The position numbers and the translations under genes were made by a program. From positions 1-64,000 of IMG/VR virus record IMGVR_UViG_3300029705_000104: DNA of 64,000 bases; one strand, written 5' to 3'. This DNA comes from a virus. This document shows positions 35,653-43,629 of the stretch, in pieces. Numbering within the stretch: position 1 is the first letter of the stretch; every line of letters begins with the position of its first letter. The notes under the pieces are model-generated. The model searched no databases, was not told the origin of the DNA, and saw only the letters and a list, made by a program, of their open reading frames with translations.

Positions 35653-35833
35653 AAATCATTTGGTAACCTGGAACATAAGACGGATCAACACCGAGTACTT
35701 TAAGTCCACGGATAACATCATGAAGCGCTTGCTCCTGTTCATCGGTCAAATTGTATTCTTTCTTCCATGCATCCATATTAGCATCGATTACAGCTTCTAA
35801 CTTGTCCCATTTTTCATTAACATTATTATTCAT
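35642..35833 (-). CDS. hypothetical protein
   Basis: 63-aa ORF. Confidence 0.3.
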   Translation of the reverse strand: MNNNVNEKWDKLEAVIDANMDAWKKEYNLTDEQEQALHDVIRGLKVLGVDPSYVPGYQMICPC

Positions 35834-35889
35834 TGTGTTTTCCTCTCTTTCTTTTATGTGAGTACTTAGTAATTTGGTTCATCTCTGTT

Positions 35890-35917
35890 CCATTAATATC
35901 CATGTTGATCACGCGTG
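35890..35917 (-). promoter_or_regulatory. copy of conserved promoter-like motif
   Basis: Minus reading cacgcgtgatcAACATGgatatTAATGG. Confidence 0.45.
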
Positions 35918-35919
35918 GC

Positions 35920-35945
35920 AAAAAAGAAACGCCACGTTTGTGGCG
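35920..35945 (-). terminator. intrinsic terminator
   Basis: A6 then CGCCAC-gtttg-TGGCG hairpin. Confidence 0.45.
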
Positions 35946-35982
35946 CTTATAAAATATCATACTAGCTTTTTTTCTCAATCGT

Positions 35983-36321
35983 TTAAAGCCTACCCTTTAA
36001 GGCAGTCAATGACTTACACCAATTCGTGTGTGCTTTTTCCAGATCCTTACGGCCGGCAGCTTTATCACAGTTTACTAAATTACTAAAATGATCATATGCT
36101 TCATTAAGTATCTGGTAAATATCATTCCAGTCATTAATCTCAATTTCTGTTTTCTTAATTTTTCTTCGAATATGATTACATGCTAACCACATATATTCGG
36201 CATAGTCACTATAGTGGTTATTACGAGTGCAATGCTTATTCTCATGGTAAGCCCACATTTGATCATAATGCATCAAAAAATGGTTTAAAATCTTAAGAAT
36301 CTGTTTTTTAAAGTTGGACAT
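35983..36321 (-). CDS. hypothetical protein
   Basis: 112-aa ORF. Confidence 0.3.
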   Translation of the reverse strand: MSNFKKQILKILNHFLMHYDQMWAYHENKHCTRNNHYSDYAEYMWLACNHIRRKIKKTEIEINDWNDIYQILNEAYDHFSNLVNCDKAAGRKDLEKAHTNWCKSLTALKGRL

Positions 36322-36330
36322 AATTAGCCC

Positions 36331-36675
36331 TCATTTCTTTAAATATTTTCTAGTAACTGCATCTAAAAAATCATGATAATCAGTTTTATACCTTTTAATA
36401 TCTAGATCATATTTTTCAGAGTCTAAGCACATTAGAAGATGTGCCATGCAACCATATACTTCAACTTCATTTGCTTTTTGAGTAGAAGCCGCTTCTAGAA
36501 GTAGATAAGCTTCTCCAACATAACGTTTTTGAACATTAACATTGACTCGTTGAACATTAGGGTCTTTCCGCTTATAAGTATTGTGCAGCCGTTCGATGGT
36601 TGTGTCTGATAATGTGTTACGAATTCGATCAATCCAGCCAACTAATACAAGTCTTTCGTATGTGTCTAAAGCCAT
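36331..36675 (-). CDS. hypothetical protein
   Basis: 114-aa ORF. Confidence 0.3.
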   Translation of the reverse strand: MALDTYERLVLVGWIDRIRNTLSDTTIERLHNTYKRKDPNVQRVNVNVQKRYVGEAYLLLEAASTQKANEVEVYGCMAHLLMCLDSEKYDLDIKRYKTDYHDFLDAVTRKYLKK

Positions 36676-36722
36676 TTTAGTTGCACCTCCTTAAAAATAT
36701 AAGGGAAGCATATTGAGCCTCC

Positions 36723-36749
36723 CTCATTTATAGCCATGTTCTATATGCG
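36723..36749 (-). promoter_or_regulatory. copy of conserved promoter-like motif
   Basis: Minus reading cgcatatagAACATGgctatAAATGAgg. Confidence 0.45.
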
Positions 36750-36836
36750 AAAAAAAATAAATCCATGTTTAAAAAGAGAAGACCCTCTATTACTAGAAGG
36801 CCTTCCCCTTTTAAAGCATTACTTATATGAAATTCA

Positions 36837-37184
36837 TCAGGAAATTACGCCTGGTGTCCATCCAAGGATTAAATTTTCCCCTTCGATGGAAGTTGTAAGC
36901 ACCGGCATCGTTAATCCCGTTAAATCTCCAAGTTCATGCCAACGCTCGTCTTTGGCAATATAGACAAATTCCTTATTGTTATAAATAACTTGATTACCAT
37001 TTGCGGCGATTACGCTTTCACCATCAACGGTAATTGGATTTGTAGACGAGCCATCAACAAGTGCTGTTTCAGTAATCCCAAGGAAATAAGTACCGCCAGC
37101 AATTGCCGCACGAGCAACTGCATCTTTAAGCTCGATGGTCTTTCCATCACGCATTGTTATATGTGAAACAACGTAATCAGCCAT
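36837..37184 (-). CDS. hypothetical protein
   Basis: 115-aa ORF. Confidence 0.3.
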   Translation of the reverse strand: MADYVVSHITMRDGKTIELKDAVARAAIAGGTYFLGITETALVDGSSTNPITVDGESVIAANGNQVIYNNKEFVYIAKDERWHELGDLTGLTMPVLTTSIEGENLILGWTPGVIS

Positions 37185-37198
37185 ATTAACACCTCAGT

Positions 37199-37711
37199 TT
37201 ACTTTTTAATAAATATCAGTGTCTCATCTTCAACAGTATACTGTTCAGCAAACATACCTTCGCCATCAGTCGGATAGTACGGACGAACAACAAGAGGTCT
37301 TGTGATAACAGGAATTACTACTTCATAAAGAGTTTGAATATCCGTTGCCTCAATGACCGGTTCATCTTCACTACTGCCTTCCTCTTCTTCACCCTCATCT
37401 TGGGAATCTTGAGGATCTTCAGAAATATCAGGCTCGGGCTCAGGCTGAGGTTCCTCTTGAGGTACTTCAGCATACAGCCAAGCATAGATATATTTACCAG
37501 TTTCAAGTAAGCCGTTTGGTATTAATGCACTTCCATTTTGAATTACTGCAGGAATTGCAATACCACCATGTTCTTCATTTGAGAAATGAATTTCACTATG
37601 CTCACCAATTTCAATGCCTTTAAGAATTAGACGCTGACCCTTATCATATTGGTAAACACTTTCGGTGAAAGCTTTGGTACTACCATTTGTGAAATTTGCT
37701 ATAATTGCCAT
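37199..37711 (-). CDS. acidic hypothetical protein
   Basis: 170 aa with an EEPQPEPEPDISEDPQDSQDEGEEEEGSSEDE tract. Confidence 0.3.
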   Translation of the reverse strand: MAIIANFTNGSTKAFTESVYQYDKGQRLILKGIEIGEHSEIHFSNEEHGGIAIPAVIQNGSALIPNGLLETGKYIYAWLYAEVPQEEPQPEPEPDISEDPQDSQDEGEEEEGSSEDEPVIEATDIQTLYEVVIPVITRPLVVRPYYPTDGEGMFAEQYTVEDETLIFIKK

Positions 37712-37717
37712 TTAATA

Positions 37718-38095
37718 TCACCACCGTAAAGGACGATCGTAGTAAGGTGCAACAGGATAATGACCACTATAATTGTCGTGATTCATTTGAGACATAGCTT
37801 CAGAGTATCCACGAGAATACCCATCACCATAGCTCATTTTAGCTGACGAATCTGCTCCAAGGCGACTAACATATCGTCCGTCCGCCCCGCGGCCTCGTTT
37901 TTCACTGATACCTTCTTCTCCGGGCTCTTCAGCTTCGAGCATGGCCTCTGCCGTTAAATGACACTTCAGAGCATGAGTAAGGCAATCATATTTTCTAGCC
38001 TCAGAATCTGAGAATTCTTCTTTGTTGGCCATTTGTGAATCCAGCTTACGGAGTTCATTAAGGACAACCCGCTTGAGATTTTTTAATTCTTCCAT
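37718..38095 (-). CDS. hypothetical protein
   Basis: 125 aa; Y/G/S-rich C-terminus. Confidence 0.3.
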   Translation of the reverse strand: MEELKNLKRVVLNELRKLDSQMANKEEFSDSEARKYDCLTHALKCHLTAEAMLEAEEPGEEGISEKRGRGADGRYVSRLGADSSAKMSYGDGYSRGYSEAMSQMNHDNYSGHYPVAPYYDRPLRW

Positions 38096-38109
38096 ATCCT
38101 TGTCCCTCC

Positions 38110-38595
38110 TTAAGCCACGCGATTAACTTTAACATTCAGATTTCGTGCTTCGATTGCTGGTGCAGGTGTCGTTCCTGGAGTTGCACTAACCGAAGCATTT
38201 ACGAGAGCCACATCGATACAACATCCAGCCGGAACATCGATTGTAGTATCGCCCCCGACATGCCAGAAAGAGCTAACTACCGTCGGAGTTGCAGCAGCGA
38301 TAGTCAACGGACGAACAAATCCATTAACGCTTAAGGCCAGTTGAATTTCACCAGCGGTTCCTCCTTCAGGAACAGCAATATTACCGTTAAAGGCAACCGT
38401 ATACTGTGCTTTGGGATTGCAGCAGGCAGTATTTCTAACCAGACCTCTAAGAATTAAGTTTGGCGTTTGATTATCATGCACAACTTGCTGAGGGCATTTC
38501 TGGCATGGCCGAATGTCTTGAAGAATTGCAGCAGCCCCAGGCTGAATAATCTGCGATTCAGTATATCCATATTCTGCCATTTTGATTTCCTCCAA
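38110..38595 (-). CDS. hypothetical protein (A/T/V-rich)
   Basis: 161-aa ORF. Confidence 0.3.
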   Translation of the reverse strand: MEEIKMAEYGYTESQIIQPGAAAILQDIRPCQKCPQQVVHDNQTPNLILRGLVRNTACCNPKAQYTVAFNGNIAVPEGGTAGEIQLALSVNGFVRPLTIAAATPTVVSSFWHVGGDTTIDVPAGCCIDVALVNASVSATPGTTPAPAIEARNLNVKVNRVA

Positions 38596-38661
38596 TCAAT
38601 ATCGTTTTACACGAAATGAAAGAGCTTTGGCATTAGCTCTTCTTATGATTTTAATAGGGGA

Positions 38662-39312
38662 TTAGACTCCACAACCGCATCCGCATCCGAAATTCTGGCT
38701 GCAGCAATTCGGATTCTGAACAATATAAGCAGGCTTCGGAACAGGAGCCAGATACTGTTCAAGAGCAAACGTCTGAGCAGCATTATCCGCCAGAATCTGA
38801 GCAGTCTGCTGACCCTGAGAAGCTGCGAGCTGAGCCATTTGCAGCTGCTGACGAAGATTAGCAATCTGTTCATTCTTGGCATCGATCTTATCCTGACACA
38901 TCTGATCGAGAATCTGCTGAGTAGACTGAGCCAGGGCCTGACGATTATTGCATGCCTCGCTAGCAATCGCATAACGAAGGTCAGCAGTAGCCGCACTATT
39001 CATGGCAAAGCCATTCTGCATAGAGTTCTGTAATGCAAAGATCTGATTCATGTCAGCCATCTGACGATTAGCCGCAGCAGATTCAGCATTGGCAAAGCCA
39101 TTACAAATAGAAGTCTGGATTCCATTAATGCCATTAATAACAGCACTCTGATCGAAACCACGCTGTACATCAGCACCAAGGAAGCCATTTCCACCTCCGC
39201 CATAACCGCCGAATCCATTGCCCCAACCCATCATAGCAAGCAGAACAATGATCCACCAAGCACCATTACCGTCGAACATACCATTACCATAGTTTGCGGG
39301 GCCAACGGGCAT
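38662..39312 (-). CDS. Gly/Gln/Asn-rich membrane-anchored protein with CGCGCGV C-terminus
   Basis: TM helix WWIIVLLAMMGW, GNGFGGYGGGGNGF tract, Q/A-rich helical region, C-terminal CCSQNFGCGCGCGV. Confidence 0.4.
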   Translation of the reverse strand: MPVGPANYGNGMFDGNGAWWIIVLLAMMGWGNGFGGYGGGGNGFLGADVQRGFDQSAVINGINGIQTSICNGFANAESAAANRQMADMNQIFALQNSMQNGFAMNSAATADLRYAIASEACNNRQALAQSTQQILDQMCQDKIDAKNEQIANLRQQLQMAQLAASQGQQTAQILADNAAQTFALEQYLAPVPKPAYIVQNPNCCSQNFGCGCGCGV

Positions 39313-39525
39313 ATACGCCTGTAGAATCTGTCATAAACAAATTCCTCCGAAAATAATATTTATCTAAGCGTTTATCTCCTGAATTATCAGTTCGTGGCCA
39401 CTAAGACAACCGCAAAGATAGCAAAAGTTTAAAGCCACTTATTTAAAGACGCTGGCTTTATGACGTCCAATAAATTTGTGACTGCTACAAAGCATTTGTG
39501 CCACAAATTTACTTCCATTTTGATT

Positions 39526-39717
39526 TTATACAACTTTGTCCCAATGTTTCCGGATATACTCTGCATTCACCGAATGATCAGTTGATGGAAAACCCTCACT
39601 CGTAGCTGGGCAATTAATTGTTCGATACACAGATCCGTCTGTGAAGTGGGCAAAGTGGTATACAAAAATGGTTCCTTCAATTGGTTCAGTTGTTAAGTCA
39701 AAAATGTTATTTAACAT
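39526..39717 (-). CDS. hypothetical protein
   Basis: 63-aa ORF. Confidence 0.25.
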   Translation of the reverse strand: MLNNIFDLTTEPIEGTIFVYHFAHFTDGSVYRTINCPATSEGFPSTDHSVNAEYIRKHWDKVV

Positions 39718-40025
39718 TACTCGCCTTCAGTGGGTTCAGTTGGTTCGATAGGTTCAGTAGGCTCTTCGCCGCCTTCACCTTCTGGTTCAGTTTCAGGAGT
39801 CGGTTCCTTCACGTAAACAATCCGCTCAACAGAACCGTTTTCCAGAGTACCCCACTCAATAGCATCAATCTGGTTTACAAAATCGTCGCCACTCAAAGCA
39901 TTAGCTCTGAACAGACAATATTGGCGTTCCATAGCGCGCCGCGTACCATAATAGTTTAGAGGGGTCTGCGGGACGCCCTCACCGTTAATAGATTTTCTCT
40001 GAGCATAATAATGAAGTTCTGCCAT
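39717..40025 (-). CDS. hypothetical protein with PTE/PEG repeat tail
   Basis: C-terminus EPTPETEPEGEGGEEPTEPIEPTEPTEGE. Confidence 0.3.
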   Translation of the reverse strand: MAELHYYAQRKSINGEGVPQTPLNYYGTRRAMERQYCLFRANALSGDDFVNQIDAIEWGTLENGSVERIVYVKEPTPETEPEGEGGEEPTEPIEPTEPTEGE

Positions 40026-40046
40026 TGTAAAGTTCCTCCTTTAAAA

Positions 40047-41708
40047 TTAGGGTATAATCAGCCATCTGTCCGAACCGGAATCATAAGGCTGATAAGTAGT
40101 TAAGTCAATACCGTTGAGATCACAGATGTGTTCAAATTCTGCTACGGTTGTAGGCTCATTGCCTGCTCCGAACATAACTGTTAGGTCAATGAGAATTGGT
40201 TTTCTGCCTTTTGTGACATCGCCAATAGGTATATTATCCGACGATGTATAGCATATAAACATCATACGTGTTAAGGAGCCAGAAGGCGCTTGTTTGATAT
40301 TTTTAAGTGTTGTCCAAGTATTAGAATATACCTTTGTTTGCGCTGTCCACGTATTACCGACAATATTTACAAAATATGCATAAGAACCCTCTTGTCCTTC
40401 GTGATAAACATCATAGTTCACATAATAATAATGATCTTTATATTCAGAGAAATAATATTTTGTAACAACGCTGACGGTATATCGTTGTGATGTAGTATCT
40501 ATGGTTGTCCTTGTGACAATGTCATCATCGAAACTCACAGACGCTTTGTTTTCACTGTATACTTTCCAGTTCTCTGCATTAATAGGTTTTGCAAGCTGAT
40601 TCCACTTAACCTTCTTATGATGTCCCATATCAAAGTCCATAGCTTTTTTACGAGCATCTAGCATAGCTTTTGACTCAGTTACAGCATACGTGACTTCCGT
40701 AATATCATTCGCATCAGACCAGAAATTATTATGGTCGAGGAAGGCTTTCATATCTTCAGCAGGAATTGGAATATGAATAGGTTCTCTCAGTTTATAACTT
40801 ATCTCAGCATAATCGTCATCGCTCATTGCTTGATAAACTTCTTCGGATATACGCATATAAGTTATTACGGGGTTCATTGAATCCTGGGTAACAATAACTC
40901 CTATGTTCTCTCCATATGAAGCTTCAGACCACGGATTAGCAATTATTCCACGATTAAATTTTTGCTGTTGTCGAGCAATGGCCCATTCTACTCCAGAATC
41001 GGTTTTGGGGAAAATACTTTGAGTTTGTCTATAATCCCGTCCGGTACCACTTGGCGTAGACTTGTTTCCAAAGTCGGTCTTCTTCGCCCTTGCTAAATAA
41101 TATTCAGCCACAATCTCACCTGCTACAGGATCAATATAACCGCCATAGATTGTTTCGCCGTCTGGGAAAGTTATTGGAATTTGTCTGGGCTCAACATAAT
41201 CAGAATATTCGGTTGCCTGAGATCCAACAGTAAATGATGGCTTTGGATTATCTAAATATTGTGTTCCTATAGTTATACCAACAAAATATACATTATCCGG
41301 TATAACTCTGGATGGTGTATAATCATCCCACGTTTTCTGATCTACATAGTCTCCATTTTTATCGAAATAGCATAGATAACCATGTTGTCCACTATTTCGA
41401 TTAAGCCGATATGCAACACCGGGTTTTACAGGAATTTTCGGAGTAACGCAATGATTTGGATATCCGCTTACAACAGATCCTTTCCACCAAACCTTGTTAT
41501 CACCAGTAAGAGCATTAAGGTCAATCAGGTTTTTCCCTTCCTGACGACCATTCAACCCCGTCCATCCTTCAATCGGAATAGGGTTCTCTGGCGAAGGTGT
41601 TCCAGCAGCCTGCTTCGGCAGAAAATGAAACTTCAGACTCTCGATCGGAACTCTTGAAGGAGTCCGGAAGGAAGCGATGTCTCCGGACACAGTATAACTT
41701 AAGCCCAT
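40047..41708 (-). CDS. tail fibre / receptor-binding protein
   Basis: N-terminal PIESLKFHFLPKQAAGTPSPENPIPIEGW motif shared with 43629-45680; 553 aa in the tail module. Confidence 0.5.
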   Translation of the reverse strand: MGLSYTVSGDIASFRTPSRVPIESLKFHFLPKQAAGTPSPENPIPIEGWTGLNGRQEGKNLIDLNALTGDNKVWWKGSVVSGYPNHCVTPKIPVKPGVAYRLNRNSGQHGYLCYFDKNGDYVDQKTWDDYTPSRVIPDNVYFVGITIGTQYLDNPKPSFTVGSQATEYSDYVEPRQIPITFPDGETIYGGYIDPVAGEIVAEYYLARAKKTDFGNKSTPSGTGRDYRQTQSIFPKTDSGVEWAIARQQQKFNRGIIANPWSEASYGENIGVIVTQDSMNPVITYMRISEEVYQAMSDDDYAEISYKLREPIHIPIPAEDMKAFLDHNNFWSDANDITEVTYAVTESKAMLDARKKAMDFDMGHHKKVKWNQLAKPINAENWKVYSENKASVSFDDDIVTRTTIDTTSQRYTVSVVTKYYFSEYKDHYYYVNYDVYHEGQEGSYAYFVNIVGNTWTAQTKVYSNTWTTLKNIKQAPSGSLTRMMFICYTSSDNIPIGDVTKGRKPILIDLTVMFGAGNEPTTVAEFEHICDLNGIDLTTYQPYDSGSDRWLIIP

Positions 41709-42082
41709 GACATCACCCCTCCGTACACTCCATCAGTAATAATAATTTCATATGTGGTTTCGGCTTCAAGGCTGGAAATATCAAACCACACTGGAAGCTT
41801 CACGGTCTGAGGAAGAACCACAATACAGTTAGATCCAGCAGTAAACCGAACAGTGATCGAACCTACTGCTGGAGGTGTGATAGAGAGTTCACTTATCAAA
41901 TTTTCGCATATGTAACGCACATTAGGTAAGCCAATAATTGTTGGAGTAGTTGAAGTAATATTCTCAACAATCGTTGCACCAGCTTCTGAAAATTTGTTTT
42001 CTATACGACTACGTAAATCATCATAGATTACTTGCAAATCCTCAAGATTCACGGCTTTATCTTTGTTATTAGCTACACTCAT
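41699..42082 (-). CDS. hypothetical tail-module protein
   Basis: 127-aa ORF between fibre genes. Confidence 0.3.
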   Translation of the reverse strand: MSVANNKDKAVNLEDLQVIYDDLRSRIENKFSEAGATIVENITSTTPTIIGLPNVRYICENLISELSITPPAVGSITVRFTAGSNCIVVLPQTVKLPVWFDISSLEAETTYEIIITDGVYGGVMSWA

Positions 42083-42096
42083 TTTTCACACCTCCT

Positions 42097-43629
42097 TTAC
42101 GATGCAGGTTCTTCTTGAATATATGAGGCATAAGTAGACCAATTTGCAGCTGACTTATATGCTTCCAGGATTGAATGGTCTGCCGAATAAGGAACATAGA
42201 TAATACAATCAGAAGGCATACTGCCGAACATATTAGTTCCTCCTGTTGGAACCGTGGTGCTTAAAAAATGATATTCGGCGACACCCCAGCAACCGCTAAA
42301 CGCATTATTTCCTATGCTTGTTACACTATCTGGTATTACAATGCTCGCAAGAGAATAGCAATTACTAAATGCATAGTTCCCTATGCTTGTCACATCATCG
42401 GGTATCGTAATACTCGAAAGAGAATAGCAATTACTAAATGCATAGTTCCCTATGCTTGTCACATCATCAGGTATTTCAATGCTTGTAAGAGAATAACAAC
42501 TACCAAATGCGTATATTCCAATGCTTGTTACACTATCTGGAATTGTGATATTTACAATGGAAAAGCTATTCTGAAGCATGCTGTCTGGAACACTTGCTAT
42601 TCCATATGGTATCACAATGTTTGTAAGAGATTGACATAAGCTAAACACATTATTTCCAATGCTTGTTACACTATTTGGAATTTCAATGTTTGCAAGAGAA
42701 GTGCAACTATAGAACGCATAATTTTTGATAATTGTTACACTAGTCGATATTGCAACAATTGATAAAGCATGGCAATTATAAAACGCATTTGTTCCTATGC
42801 TTGTTACACTATCTGGAATTACAATGCTTGCAAGAGAATAACAATTACTGAATGCATAGCTTCCAATACTTGTTATGCCCTTAGGAATGGTAATGGTCAA
42901 AAGAGAGAAACAATTATGGAATGCATAGCCATCAAGAGATATATTTTTGCCGATTCGGACATTTTGTACAGTACTTGAATATGTTTTATTTTCATTATCC
43001 GATGCATTTTTTCGCAATAATGAATATGAAGTTGACCCGTAAAAACTATACTGATTGTCCCCGGTTGCATTTATACTGATTGTATAAGCCCCTGCTTGTG
43101 CATACGTATGAGGCACGGCTTGGCGCTTCGTTAATGATGTTCCTGCTACAGTATCCGGAGTTGTATTATCTCCCCAATCAATGGTAATTGTTCCTTTAAC
43201 GCAAACGGTTAAAATCGGTTCTAATCGGCCCTCTTGCATAATAACATCAATTTCCGTTGCGCCACTTTGTGTAATATACATTTGCCCAACAGTAATCGGT
43301 GTATCGGGCATTGCCAGTAACTGTGTTTTAATTTGAGCCAATGTCCAGTTCCATCCCTGTGCTGTCAAGCCTCCATGCGATGGATTTGCAGGAAGATCGC
43401 TGTCAGAAGACATAGAACTGATTTCATCTTTTGTATAGCTATGCAGCAATGTTCCATCATAATCGATAAAATTAACATCTTTCTTAGCAGGAGCACCACT
43501 AGATGAAATATTGCTAATAGCATTAATGAAACCTTCCGGATACTCTAGAGGTAAATCTGTATTTCCTTTTGCTCGAATAGCATTAGCTACAGCGGTGAGT
43601 TCCGATGTATTAGTTTTATAATCGGCCAT
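42097..43629 (-). CDS. BspA-like leucine-rich-repeat protein
   Basis: About ten 23-aa repeats SIGNYAFSNCYSLxSIxIPDxVT; contains a near-perfect 69-bp tandem DNA duplication. Confidence 0.55.
   Translation of the reverse strand: MADYKTNTSELTAVANAIRAKGNTDLPLEYPEGFINAISNISSSGAPAKKDVNFIDYDGTLLHSYTKDEISSMSSDSDLPANPSHGGLTAQGWNWTLAQIKTQLLAMPDTPITVGQMYITQSGATEIDVIMQEGRLEPILTVCVKGTITIDWGDNTTPDTVAGTSLTKRQAVPHTYAQAGAYTISINATGDNQYSFYGSTSYSLLRKNASDNENKTYSSTVQNVRIGKNISLDGYAFHNCFSLLTITIPKGITSIGSYAFSNCYSLASIVIPDSVTSIGTNAFYNCHALSIVAISTSVTIIKNYAFYSCTSLANIEIPNSVTSIGNNVFSLCQSLTNIVIPYGIASVPDSMLQNSFSIVNITIPDSVTSIGIYAFGSCYSLTSIEIPDDVTSIGNYAFSNCYSLSSITIPDDVTSIGNYAFSNCYSLASIVIPDSVTSIGNNAFSGCWGVAEYHFLSTTVPTGGTNMFGSMPSDCIIYVPYSADHSILEAYKSAANWSTYASYIQEEPAS

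Noticed and set aside
38643-38996. Alternative-frame ORF (117 aa, R/L-rich) inside the Gly/Gln-rich gene
   Set aside because: Same strand, different frame, composition typical of an out-of-frame reading of a GC-richer segment. No RBS and no independent support.
33589-39525. Repeated sequence TTCCATTTTGATTT at many gene starts (33589, 34539, 38595, 29697, 39525, 51570)
   Set aside because: On the coding strand it is simply a shared translation-initiation region GGAGGAAATCAAA-ATG-GAAG (several genes start Met-Glu-Glu/Ala). It is not an independent element.
37700-40000. Horizontally acquired island based on elevated GC
   Set aside because: GC is higher than in the accessory region but similar to the fibre and SHAEG genes. 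The difference is more likely to be composition driven by amino-acid content (Gly/Ala/Gln) than a foreign insertion.
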